Assembly (NCBI RefSeq): GCF_009914755.1
Contig: NC_060936.1
DNA length: 64,000 nt
Direction: 5' to 3' (one strand)
Source: the human T2T-CHM13v2.0 reference genome, Homo sapiens
A program made the position numbers and the translations under genes. How positions within the stretch are numbered: position 1 is the first letter of the stretch; every line of letters begins with the position of its first letter. The notes under the pieces were generated by a model. That model was not told the DNA's origin. It made no database searches and saw only the letters and a list, made by a program, of their open reading frames with translations. Shown here in pieces: positions 13,248 to 26,966 of this stretch.

Positions 13248-14628
13248 TGGTACTGATACAAGAACAGACAGATAGACCAGTTGAACAGAACAGAGAACCA
13301 AGAAATAAGACCACACACTGGCAACCATCTGATCTTTGACAAACCTGACAAAAATAAGCAATGGGGAAAGGACTTTCTATTTAATAAATGGTTCTGGGAG
13401 AACTGGCTAGGCATATGCAGAAAATTGAAACTTGACCTCTTCCTTACAAAAAAACAACTCAAGATGGGTTAAAGACTTAAATCTAAAACTCGAAACTATA
13501 AAAACCCTGGAAAGACACCTAGGCGACACCATTCAGGACATAGGTATGGGCAAAGATTTCATGACAAAGATGCCAAAAGCAATTGCAACTAAAACAAAGA
13601 TTGACAAGTGGGACCTACTTAAAATACAGAGCTTCTGCACAGTAAGAGAAAATATCAACAGAGTAAACAGACAATCTACAGAATAAGAGAAATTTTTTGC
13701 AATCTATCCATCTGACAAAGGTCTAATATCCAGCATCTATAAGGAGCTTAAACAAATTTACAGGAAAAAAAAATAATCCCATTAAAAAGTGGGCAAAGGA
13801 CATGAACAGACATGCCTCAAAAGAAGACACACATGCGGCCAACAAACATTAAAAAAAGCTCAACATCATGATCATCAGAGAAATGCAAATCAAAATCACA
13901 ATGAGATACCATCTCATACCAGTCAGAATGGCTATTAATAAAATGTCAAAAAAACAACAGATGTCAATGAGGTTATGAAGAAAAAGGAATGCTTTTACAC
14001 TGTTGGTGGGAGTGTAAATTAATTCCACCATTGTGGAAGACAGAGTGGTGATTCCTCAAACATCTACAGGCAGAAATACCATTCGACCCAACAATCCCAG
14101 TAGTAGGTATATACCCAAAGGAATATAAATTCTATTTGTAAAGACACAAGGCCGCTTATGTTTATTGCAGCACTATTCACAATAGCAAAGACATGGAATC
14201 AACCCAAATGCCCATCGATGATAGATCAGATAAAGAAAATGTTGTACATATACACCATGAGGAATGCTATGCAGCCAAAAAAGGAGATCATGTCCTTTTC
14301 AGGGATATGAATGCAGCTGGAGGCCATTATCCTTAGCAAAGTAATGCAGGAACAGAAAACCAAATACTGCATGTTCTCACTTATAAGTGGGAACTAAATG
14401 ATAAGAACACATGGTCACACATTGGGGAACAACACACACTGGGGCCTGTCATGGGATGGGGATGGGAGGAGGAAGAGGATTTGGAAGAACAGGTAATGGA
14501 TGCTGGGCTTAATACCTGGGTTATGGGATAATCTGTGCAGCAAATCACTATGGCACATTTACTTGTGTAACAAATGTGCACATCCTTCACATCCACCCCT
14601 GAACTTGAAGTGAAAGTTGGAAATTGAA
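13248..14628 (+). mobile_element. 5'-truncated older L1PA (L1PA13-16-like) nested in L1MA
   Basis: ORF2 jumps back to 'tggtactg...' ([16 protein letters not shown]); 3' UTR 'tgctgggcttaatacctggg...cccctgaactt...aaagttgg'. Confidence 0.85.
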
Positions 14629-17428
14629 GTAAATTAGTACAATTATTATGAAGAACAGTTTAGAGGGTCGTCAAAAAACTAAAAATTGAGCTACCATATT
14701 ATCCAGCAATCCCACTGCTAGGTATGTATTCAGAAGAAAGGAAATCAGTATATAGAAGAGATATCTGTACTTTTAGGTTTATTGCCACACTGTTTACAAT
14801 AGCTAAGATTTAGAAGCAACCTAAGTGTCTACCAACAGATGAACGGATAAAGAAAATGAGGTACTTATACATAAGGAAGTATCATTAAGCCATAAAAAAG
14901 AATGACATCCAGTCATTTGCAATAACATGGATGGAACTGGCAATTATTATATTAAGTGAAATAAGCCAGGATCAAAGAGACAGACATTGCATGTTCTCAC
15001 TTATTTGTGGGATCTGAAAATCAAAACAATTGACCTCATGGACATAGAGAGTACATGAATTATTACCAGTGGCTGACAAGGGTAGTTGGGGGTGGGGGTG
15101 GGAGTGGGGAGGAGTTGGAGGGAGGTAGTGGTTACAAAATAATAATTAGAAAGAATGAGTAATACCTACTATTTGATAGGACAACAGAGTGACTATAGTC
15201 AATAGTAACTTAATTATACATTTTGCATTGTACATTTGTAAGAGTGTAATTGGATTGTTTGTAACTCAAAAGATAAATACTTGAGGGGATAGTTACCCCA
15301 TTCTACATGATGCACTTATTTCACATTGTATGTACCTTATAAATATATACACCTACTATGTACTCACAAAATCTTTTTAAAAAGAAAAGGAAAGAAAAAT
15401 ATTATAGTAAACTTCTGCAGAATGGAAGTGGGCCAGGTGTCAATAAAACATTAGTATACATAAATGTTGTGTAAATGTTACTGCATGACTCAGAAAAAGG
15501 AATTAGAGGCAAAATTGTTCTTCAGTGAAAATTGTAAGTGGAAAACAGGCACGTGTAAGTATGAGTCTCAGTGTGATTATCTAAGAATGTGTGTAATTAA
15601 CTAGCTTTGATGTTTTAGCAAAAATCTGTAAAACTGCAGGAATTCACATGAGAAAATAATTTTTGCCTGCCAAAAGTTGAGTTCCACTCCAGTGTCTTCT
15701 CATTCTAGAACACAGGTAGAAGGATCAGCTTCTCTTTGGGTCAGAGAAGAAAAAAAAGGAGACGACAGAAATTACAATGCCTCTTAAAACTTCTGAATAA
15801 GTATAGTGCACATTGTATCCATTCACACTCCATTGGCGAAATTATATCTCATGGCCAACTCCAAGATTTGTGGGACCAAACACAACATCAATTTATCCGT
15901 CAAACGATGCACTGAAATTGTAAGGCAATTGGTCATGTTTTGGTAATCCTGTTATGAAATGAGTAGGTGGATGAGGAAGCCAATTGAACATCCTTTGGAA
16001 ATAATAATGCAATCTAACAGAGGATACATTTGTCATTAGACATAGGTCATGATTGATTTAGTTACATATTAATTCATTCAACATATATTGATTTTCTACT
16101 ATGTGCTTATCAATGAATGAGATACAATCATTGCCTTCAAAAGACATGTCCATAAAGACTGTTGAAGAGAGTAACTAGGTAATTAATACGTAATATGATA
16201 AATGTCATAAGAATCTGCATAGGGAGCTATGAAATAGAAAAGATTTTTAACTGAGGTTTGGATATTTAGAGGAAAAATGGAAGATCTGATATCTTGGCAG
16301 CTTCATGACCCAAGATTTTTCTATTTTAAAAAAAAATTTTACTCTACTTTTTAAAAATGTAGCAATGCTAATTTATTCACTAAACTTGTGTCTGAGTGAT
16401 ATTCAGAATTTAAAAACTACTATTAATTTATGGATAAGTTGATACTTTGAAAAAATGATATAGGAATTTTTGACTTGTTATAAGATTAATTATATAATAT
16501 TAATTTGAAGCCAACGCCTGGCATTCGGTTATTAAAGGGAGTTTGAATAAAACTTTGACCAGGCATCGTGTTTACAAGCGCATTTATTGATGACAAAGGA
16601 GAGAAGAAAAAGGGACAGAAAGAGAAAAAGAAAGAGAAGAATTTACAGTCATTGAAATAGGCCTCACAAAAAATAACCTGGAATATGTTTACTGAAACAG
16701 AAACATAGAAAACCCCTATATCCTCCAGAAATGAACATTTTAACTGCAACAAATGGCAATCAGCATAAACAATTTTGCCTATTATCCCAGTGATGGTGAA
16801 ATCATAAATAATACTTTGACTAAGCTCTTGTCAAAGCCTTGTGATAATAATATAAAAAGGTTTTTTTTTTTTTTTTTTTTTGGGGTGATGAAACTACTTG
16901 GGATAAGTTTGCATCGGTCACTTTTACATAACATTGTCAGAAGGGGACATGATTTACTCTACCTTTCTATAAAGATACTAATGAGAAAAACATGTTATTA
17001 TGTAATATAGTGTATATAGAGTATATGAGATTTTCTGCTCAGTTACTTTGTTTTGTTTGGCCTTCCTGGTAGCTTTCCCTATCCTCAGTGCATCTATATT
17101 ATTTCTTTGAGGAGTTTCATATTTTTATATAAACATGATTTCTTATCAATATTGATTAATCCAAGATTTATAAAATATGTATTTTCCTTGGGATATCAGA
17201 ATTGCAAAAGCTGAGAGTGTTTGAAGTTGTGAGTTACGTCTCTGGAGTCATTAGGTCATGTTTACTCCTATAGATATTAGAGAAGCATAGCTGCTCTTTT
17301 ATTGAGAAGATAGAAATAAAGGAGGGCTTTAAAAATAATCAGAAAAAAAGCAGAGAATATCTTCATCTTTTGTGTTCCCAGATCCAGTTGTTCCTGGGGC
17401 TTAGTCATTTTTAATGGTCTTTAAGCAA

Positions 17429-17429
<1 letters not shown>

Positions 17430-17462
<33 letters not shown>

Positions 17463-17480
17463 ATATATATATATATATAT
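17430..17480. repeat. (TG)n-(TA)n compound microsatellite
   Basis: direct reading. Confidence 0.95.
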
Positions 17481-17669
17481 TTTAAGGAAAGAAAAAATAA
17501 GCAACTGTCACATAAAAGGTCATAATCCCTTATGATATCAATACCAGTCATAGAATACAGGACAATTTTTCTAGGTCAGAAATTGCAGCAACCTAGGTGA
17601 TGATGAGGTAGAATGAGGTAGAAACATGCTACACTGCTCTTCCAAACTATCCACTGCAAGTGTATCAAC

Positions 17670-18074
17670 TTTCATGGGCTGAATGTGTCTTCCCAAAATT
17701 CACATGTTGAAGTTGAATGTAACCAAATTTGGAGTAAATCCCATTACCTCAGAATGTAACCAGATTTGGAGATAAGGTCTATAAAGAGATAATTAAGTTA
17801 AAATGAAGTATTTTAGGGCTGACCCTAAGGATATACCAATCTGCCTGGTCTCCTTACAAGAAAAGGAAATTTGGAGACAGAGAGAAGACATGTGAAGACA
17901 CCAGAAGAAGACTGCCATACAGAAGCCAAGAAGAGAAGCCACAGAGTGAAACCAGCCCTGCTGACAACTTGATCTTGGACTTCCAGCCTGCAGAACTGTG
18001 AGGAAATAAATTTCTGTTGTTTAATCTACCCAGGCTGTGGTACTTTGTTATGGCAGCCCTAGAAAACTAATGCA
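17670..18074 (+). mobile_element. MaLR solo LTR (MLT1B/MLT1A-like)
   Basis: 'catgggctgaatgtgtc...caaaattcacatgttgaag' through 'ttatggcagccctagaaaactaatgca'; 5-bp TSD TCAAC at 17665 and 18075. Confidence 0.88.
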
Positions 18075-18739
18075 TCAACCTATCACTGGGTTATAGGACA
18101 GTTAAATTTATAAAATAGGTTTGCTAATGGCTTCACAGCATAACCCAGAACAACTAAGGCCATTCCTATTTAACATTGAATCCAGAAATTAAGTTTACAG
18201 GAAGATTTAAATTGGTAAAATTGGTAGCCTCTCTTAAAAGAAACCTACCTGACTGAACTGGACAAATATTATATATCATTTTTCTTGTTTATAATTTGTA
18301 TAAGTACCATGGCAAGTGACCCCTGTTAAAATTATTTTTAATTTCTAATACCATTATACACATTTAGAGTACTCAATAAGGCTAACTGAAGAATTATATA
18401 AATGAAGAGATAAATGTGAATTAGTGGGTTCAGCTAGTTTAGGTATGATTGAGATAAATTTTTAAGTACTCTTTCATCTGTCTATACAGAAAATAGTTTT
18501 AAAGTAAAAATTGGTTCAGTATTTCTGAGAGGAGGTTGGCAATGTTAATTAAATTCTCTAAGTCTGTATACAACCTTTGATTGCACAAATGTAAAGTTAG
18601 ACATTTATCTAAATCACAAGTATAGTTTCCTAATGTATTTATTGTAGCATGTAAAGTTACAAACACACATGCACACACATACACACATTTCTCTAAGTTT
18701 CAAAAAAGTGATCATCCATATATAGTACATTTTAAGGTA

Positions 18740-19600
18740 AATAGAGAATTATAATGAATAATAAAATTAATTGATTATTTTAGAAAGAGAAAGTAGGATA
18801 TGATTAAGCAGGTGGATACACAAGCTATTTCTAAGATATTGGTAATTTCTTAGTCTTTAGGCTGGTGGGTGAACACACGCATAGTATACTTTTGTTGTTC
18901 TTTAAAGAGATGAAGTGTTATTTTGTATGTGTGTTATATTTCCCAATATTAATTGTGGCATTATATATGTTTGTCTACATGCATGTATATGTATATATAC
19001 ATGTGTATATATCATATTCCCATATAAACATATTCACACATATGGCAAACACCAGCAAAAAGAAACCTCATGTATTCATATTATGACCAGAAAAATATAA
19101 ACATTAAGCATAAAGATTATTAGGGATAATTAAGGTTAATATTTATTTTTAAAAAGAAATGATTCACCAAGAGAATATAACAATCCTAAACTTTTATACA
19201 GTACACCTAATAGAATTAGTATTAACATGTATAAAGAAGCTGCATCTAACAAAATTGCAAATAGACAAAAAATTCCAAAATATTTTGTGGGCTACTTAAA
19301 AATATATTCCTCATAAATTTATAGGGAAGGCAGAGAAAACTAAGCATTCAAGAATAAAGAACATTTGAAAAATGCAAGGGACAAACAATTTGACATAAAT
19401 ATAGTTTTTCTTGTATTAAATAGAATATATTTATCTTTCTAACCATGTAAAAAACATTGATTAAATTTGGCTAGTTATTAGAGTACATGATTTCAACCAA
19501 TATCAAATAATCAATAACTAACCAAATTCGTACTTAAATACAATGAATTACTGATCAATCGGAAAAAAATATAAAAAACAAAAATGCATTTGCAAACTGA
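18740..19600 (+). mobile_element. ancient L1ME fragments (3' end, then endonuclease region)
   Basis: 'atattggtaatttcttagtc...gctggtgggtg' and 'gattcaccaagagaatatataacaatcctaaac'. Confidence 0.55.
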
Positions 19601-19981
19601 AGTATAATATTCTCTTATGATAGAACATTATTAAAATAGTGCAGGTATATATTTATATAGACATTAATTAGGTGATAACTGAAAAAGCTTGTTAGAAAAT
19701 AATAGTGATTTTCTTTCTTGATAAAAGAGTACTCATCCCAAAAAGACAAATTTTTTACAAAATAATTATGAACTTGTTGTTGTCAGCCCACTTCCTGATG
19801 AAGAAACTGAAGTTATACAGCAAGTAATTGGCAGAAATGGGATTTGAACACAAAGCAATCTGTGCCACAGTCAGTTCTTTTAACTGTGCTACCCCGCTCC
19901 AAAACATCTTTGTGTGTGTGTATGAGTGTGCATGTGTTTAGAAGGATTTACAAAAAATTGTTCTATATTTTGTAGGCTTAA

Positions 19982-20340
<359 letters not shown>

Positions 20341-20848
20341 AATAATATCATATTTTAAAAGATTTATTCAAAATGCTATAAACTTGCTTCGTTTTTTCTT
20401 TAAATAAATATATGCATAGACACACATATTTTATTTTTATGTCAAAAAAAATGGGTATTGTGTTTGAGATGAGCTTATTATTTTGATCATACCATACACT
20501 AGTAAGGCATCAGAAAGACATATCAAACCACATTGAGGGTTTTTTTTCTTTCTTTTTGAGGCTCTAATGAATACATTGTGCCTTTAAAACTAGCAATGCA
20601 TTTTTCAACTTTAAGCTAGCTGAATATTTTACCTGTTTAGAATCAGTATGGGGTCACCATAGCTAAATAGGAAACTATAATATCATTCATTAGAGGTCGA
20701 GTTACATGTACCCATAAATTATTAGGTCTTATTTTAGGATGCTTCAGCAATTGGATCATTCATTTCTTAAGATAGTTGGTCACACTCTCTGTCTAGCTTG
20801 CCTCTCTGCAACGGAGTTCTACTGTCAGAATTAAAAATAGCCAAACTG

Positions 20849-21159
<311 letters not shown>

Positions 21160-22637
21160 AAATTGAAGACTAGAGCAACTGCTATGTTTCCACGAAAGAT
21201 AATGTGTTTTGACAAATTCTGTTCACTTGTATCAATAGAATAATTTAGAACAAAATCCATTAGTGTTCATTTTCTCCTCTTTCCTCAGTTATAAAATTCC
21301 TCCTATTTTCTCTTTATAAGAAAATAAAACTAGAAGTAGGTACCCACAGGAATTATAAGCATTTCCACACTTAATTGAATGCTGGAGCATATAAAACTTC
21401 ACTATAAATTTTTTGTTTGAATTTTCCACACTTTCTGAAAATTGCCTTTTGTCATTCAAATACTTATTGTGAAAGGGCAAAGAACAAATTTAACTTCTAA
21501 CTCTAAGTGGATCTTATCAGTGTTACAGAAACAGTCCAGTTAAATATGATGAAGTGGGTAGAGTTTATCAAGTCTTAACTCTAAAGTATAAGTGCTCTCC
21601 TACAGGAAACACGATTTGATGATTGTAACACTAGTTGCATGGTTGAGAATACATTTAGAAAGAGGCTCATTTCTTAGGGTGCACATTTAGATAGAATAAT
21701 CCTAACCTGCACATTTGATAGCTTAGCTGTGCCTCATTAAGAATGCCAGTAGGTTCAGAAGCCAAGTGGGATTCTCTGTTGTTACTGGTTATGGAAAGTT
21801 TATACAGATTTTCAATATCATTAATTTTGACTCAGTATAGACACTTTTTTAATAAATAGATTAAATAAGGTTTTTAAAAGTTTAGTGAATTTGTTCCTTA
21901 GATTTTCTGAGTTCTAGGAGTGAGTGTGTGTGTGTGTGTGTGTGCATATGTGTGTGTGTGGTGGTGGTGGTGAGTGGAGAGAATGAATTCCTATGTTTAT
22001 TTGTTCAAAACGTTAGGTGATTTATCCAAAAGAAAGAAATTTTTTCCTTATAAATTCAGAAATTCAGAAATTTAAAAGAAATAATTTATTAATAAAGAAA
22101 TGCATATTTACAGTTATTTATATACTCTATGTAAATTAACACTTCTGTCTATATTGCTGAAATCTATGATATATTATTGTTTAGCTTGTAGCAATTTAGA
22201 TGTGAAAGGGCCTTCTTCAAGTAGCTAGTATACCACTAATTTTATTACAGTCAATAATTTAAATTGATTAAATTTTATTTAATTTAGTATTTTGTGTTAT
22301 ATACTTTATAATTAATTACCATGTAATCAACATATTTATATCTATCAAACATAATTTAAAGAAACAGCATGTTATCACTCTTGTCAGATTTCATGAGATG
22401 AAATTCAATTCATTATTATTATTAATCTACTTATGAGAGAAATTTGTGATACATAATGGAATGATATCATATGATAAAGAAAGAAAACACTATGTAAATA
22501 TACATGTCATTTAGGCAGGCAGTTTGAAATGACAATGAAAAAATAGTCATAATATTAAAATCTAAATTTATAAACCCAAAATTAACTGAAAATTTTGAGC
22601 ATTTATTATAAAGGCAGTTATAATAAACATTATCTGA

Positions 22638-22915
22638 AGCCCTGAAAAAGAAGGGAATTCTGCCATTTGCAACAACATGGTTGAATATGGACATTATGCT
22701 AAGTGAAATAAACCAGAGAGAGAAAGACAAATACCATGTGATCCAACTTATATGTGAAATCTTAAAAAAAAAGTTGAACTCATAGTAGTAACAGAAAGTA
22801 GAATGTTGGCTAGCAGGGGCTTGAGGATGGGAAAAAGGGGGGATGTTGGTCAAATTATACAAACTTTGTTATTAATAAGTTCTGGAGACCTACTATATAA
22901 AATATATAGTATATT
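22638..22915 (+). mobile_element. L1MA (L1MA8/9-like) 3' fragment
   Basis: 'ctgccatttgcaacaacatgg', 'cattatgctaagtgaaataa', 'aataagttctggagacc'. Confidence 0.8.
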
Positions 22916-23299
22916 TTCAAGTTGAATTGAAAAGTATGTCATCAAAACACAGAAATTTAAAATACTATACTGAAACCAAATAATATAAAAGAGATAAAAA
23001 TTAAGGAATGGGGACCATGGAAGGACATATTTTATAGCATTCAAAATTAAGAATTAATGTACGGCAAAAGACAATTAAATGTTAATTTAAAAAACAACAC
23101 ATGTGACAGGTAAAGTGGTATGAATATTTGTAGTTCAGGCAAACCTAAGTGCTTTAAAGGCAAGGAGCAATAGGTTTCCAAATACAAGTGAACAGGACAA
23201 AAACTTTCATGATAGCAGGAAGTCCACCATAAGAAAACACCATCATGCAGGTAAAATGAATAAAGCAAGGTATATAACAAAAGCATTGTATGAACCAAC

Positions 23300-23556
23300 T
23301 TTTTTTGAAGTGGGGCCTCACTCTGTCACCCAGGCTGGAGTGCAGTGGTGTGATTAGTTCACTACAGCCTCAAACTCTGGGGCTCAAGTAATCCTCCCAT
23401 CTCAGCCTCCCCAATATCTAGGGTAACAGGATAATGCCACCATGCCTAATTTTTTTGTTGTTGTTTTTGTTTGACAGGTACTTGTTATGTTGTCCAGACT
23501 AATCTCCAACTTCTGGCCTTAAGTCTTCCTTCCATCCTTACAAGTGTGACCTGGTC
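23300..23556 (-). mobile_element. Alu (AluJ-like, degraded, with deletions near the 5' end)
   Basis: 'ctctgtcacccaggctggagtgcagtgg', 'cagcctcaaactc'; TSD tgtatgaa(c/t)caa (23287/23557). Confidence 0.9.
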
Positions 23557-25430
23557 TGTATGAATCAATTTTGCAAAATATGATACAAAGCTATCCATAC
23601 AAAGAATATCATCTGAATTACAATTTGCATATAATGCACAGAAAATGATGTAGAAACATTTACTGTCTGCTGCTGAGTGTAAAGTTCTACTTTTCTTTTT
23701 GCCTGATACGTTTCTTATATGTATGTTTCTATTGTTTTATGACATTTATCCTCCCCTCAAAAAATCAAAGATGAGTTATTTTCAAGGATTATGGAGAATT
23801 TTCTGGAAAACAGAAATGGTGTCTACATGTGTTTTGAAACCTTAGGGCTTTGTTCTTGTTATGAGGACATACAATCAGAACTGACAAAACATAATTTTTA
23901 CATGGCATCTCAAAGTCCTTTTTCAGTTTTGACATTTTCATCATTATCATCCTAGAATAAACCATTTTTTTTCTGACAATTCCTGATAAGCCAGGCTGTG
24001 TGGAAAATTTCATATTGACCTTCTCTAAAACATTTCTTATAAGTATTAAACAATCATGAGACAAATGTTGCTTTAAAGAACCTTCTCTAGGAGGGAGGGG
24101 GAAAGATGGTTGAATAGGAACAGCTCCTGTCTGCAGCTCCCAACGAGACCAACATAGAAGGTAGGTGATTTTTACATTTCCAACTGAGGTACCCAGCTCA
24201 TCTCACTGCGACTGGTTAGGCACTGGGTCCAACCTACAGAGTGTGAGCAGAAGCAGGGTGGAGTGTCGCTTCACCTGAAAAGTGCAAGGACCTGGGGGAC
24301 CTCCCTCTCCCAGCCAACGGAAGCCGTGAGGGACTGTGCTAACCGGCTGGGTTACTATGCTTTTCTCATGGTTTTTGCAATCTGCAGAACAGGAGACGCC
24401 CTCGTGTGTCTACACCACCAGGGCCCTTGGTTTCAAGTACAAAACTGGGTGGCTGTTTGGGCAGACACCAAGCTAACTGCAGGAGTTTTTATCATACCCC
24501 AGTGGCGCCTGGAGCCCAAGTGAGATGGAATCCTTCACTCCTCTGGAAAGGGGGCTGAAGCCAGGAAGCCAAGTGGTCTTGCTCAGTGGGTCCCATTCCC
24601 ACAATGCCCAGAAAGCTAAGAACCACTGGCTTGAAATACTCACTGCCAGCACAGCAGTCTGAAGTCAAACGGGCACGATCAAGCTTGCTGGGGGTAGGGG
24701 CATCCGCCATTACTAAAGCTTTAGTAGGTGCTTTTCCCCTGGCAGTGCTAAGGAGGCTGGGAGGTCTGGACTGGGCAGAACTCACCACAGCGCGGCAAAG
24801 TGGCAGTGGCCAGACTGCTTTTCTAGATTCCTCCTCACTGGGCAGGGATTCTGTGAAGTAAAGGTAACAGCCCCAGTCAGGAGCTCACAGAGAAAACCCC
24901 CATCTCCCTAGGTAGAGCACCAGGGGGAAGGGGCAGCTATGGGCGCAGCTTCAGGGGATTTAATGGTTCTCACCTGCCGGCTCTGAAGAGAATAGCTGAT
25001 CCTGGCAAGAGGGATTCTCCCAGCACAGTGCACCAGCTCTGCTAAGGGACAAACTGCTTCCTCAAGTGGGTCCCTGACCCCCGTGCTTCCTGACTGGGAG
25101 AGATCTCCCAACAGGGTTGGACAGACACCTCATACAGGAGAGCTCCGACTGACATCAGGCCGGTACCCCTCTGGGACGAAGCTTCCAGAGGAAGGAGCAG
25201 GAAGCAATCTTTGCTGTTTTGCAGCCTCCACTTTTGATACCCAGGTGAACAGGATCTGCAGTGGACCTTCAGCAAACTGCAGCAGACCTGCAGAAGGGGA
25301 GCTTCACTGTTAGAAGAAAAACTAACAAACAGAAAGCAACAATATCAACATCAACATAAACGACCCCCACACAAAAACTCCATCCAAAGGTCATCAGCCT
25401 CAAAGATCAAAGGTAGATAAATACACAAAG

Positions 25431-26449
25431 ATGAGGAAAAACCAGAACAGAAACACTGAAAATTCCAAAAAAAAAGAAGGCCTCTTCTACATATGATTGC
25501 AATTCCTCTCCAGCAAGGGCAAGAAACTGGATGGAGAATGAGTTCGACAAATTGACAGAAGTAGGGCTTCAGAATGTGGGTAATAACAAACTCCTCTGAG
25601 CTAAAGGAGCACGTTCTAAACCAATGCAAAGAAGCTAAGAATCTTGATAAAAGGTTACAGAAACTGCTAACTAGAATAACTAGTTTAGAGAAGAACATAA
25701 ATGACTTGATGGAGCTGAAAACAGCATGAGAACTTTGTGAAGCATACACAAGTATCAATAGCTGAACTGATCAAGCAGAATAAAGGATATCAGAGATTAA
25801 AGATCAACTTACTGAAATAAGGCATGAAGACAAAATTAGAGAAAAAAGAATGAAAAGGAACAAACAAGCCTCCAAGAAATATGGGACTATGTGAAAAAAC
25901 AAAACCTATGATGGATTGGTGTACCTGAAAGTGATGAGGAGAATGGTACCAAGTTGGAAAACACTCTTCAGGATATTATCTAGGAGAACTTCCCCAACCT
26001 AGCAATACAGGGCAACATTCAAATTCAGGAAATACAGAGAACACCATTAAGATACTCCTTGAGAAGGACAACCCCAAGACACAAAATCATCAGATTCTTC
26101 AAGGTTGAAACAAAGGAAAAAATGTTAAGGCAGCCAGATAGAAAAGTCAGGTTACCTACAAAGGGAAGCCCATCAGCCTAAAAGAGGATCTCTCTGCAGA
26201 AACCCTACAAGCCAGAAGAGAGTGGGGGCCGATATTCAACATTCTTAAAGAAAAAAAATTTCAACCCAGAATTGCATACCCAGCCAAACTAAGATTCATA
26301 AGGGAAGGAGAAATAAAATACTTTCCAGACAAGCAAATGCTGAGGGATTTTCTCATTACCAGGCCTGTGTTACAAGAGCTCCTGAAGGAGGCACTAAATA
26401 TGGAAAGGAAAAACCAGTACCAGCCACTGCAAAAACACACCAAAATATA
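25431..26449 (+). pseudogene. L1 ORF1p remnant (disrupted)
   Basis: ATG agg aaa aac cag start, in the ORF1 position after the 5' UTR; stops and frameshifts leave no long ORF. Confidence 0.85.
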
Positions 26450-26808
26450 AAGACCAATGACACTATGAAGAAACTACAACTAATGTGCAAAATAACCAGC
26501 TAGCATCAGATGACAGGATCAAATTCACATATAACAATATTAACCTTAAATACAAATTGACTAAATGCCCCAATTAAAACACACAGACTGGCAAATTGGA
26601 TAAAGAGTCAAGACCCATCAGTGTGTTGTATTCAGGAGACCCATCTCACATGCAAAGACACATAGAGGCTGAAAATAAAGGGATGGAGAAATATTTACCA
26701 AGCAAATGGAAAGGAAAAAAAAAAGCAGGGGTTGCAATTCTGGTCTCTGAAGAAACAAACTTTAAACCAACAAAGATCAAAAAGGACAAAGAAAGGCATT
26801 ACATAATG

Positions 26809-26966
26809 CTTGAACCCAGGTGATGGAGGTTGCAGTGAGCCGAGATCAGGCCACTGTACTCCAGCCTGGGTGACAAAGCAAGACTCTATCTCAAAAAAAA
26901 AAAAAAAAAAAAAAAAGAGTCAAATTGAAGACTAGAACAGCTACTATGTTTCCAAGAAAGGGAATG
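26809..26966 (+). other. templated insertion: copy of Alu 3' end, poly(A) and unique flank from 21045-21204
   Basis: gtcaaattgaagactagaacagctactatgtttccaagaaag matches 21157-21198 at 38/42; shares non-consensus Alu bases with the donor. Confidence 0.9.

Larger units (their letters stand above)
6267..15393 (+). mobile_element. full-length degraded L1MA-type LINE-1 (L1MA1-3-like), interrupted by two nested L1PA fragments
   Basis: 5' start 'ggagcaagatgg'; ORF1 remnants ~8110-9100; ORF2 from ATG 9613 ([29 protein letters not shown] in the ORF track); L1MA 3' end 'aaatatatacacctactatgtac'; degraded TSD gaaaactagtacag (6254) / gaaaaatattatag (15394); many stops and frameshifts. Confidence 0.9.

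Noticed and set aside
15080-15126. G-quadruplex-like G-run cluster
   Set aside because: An ordinary feature of L1 3' UTRs, already explained by the L1MA call
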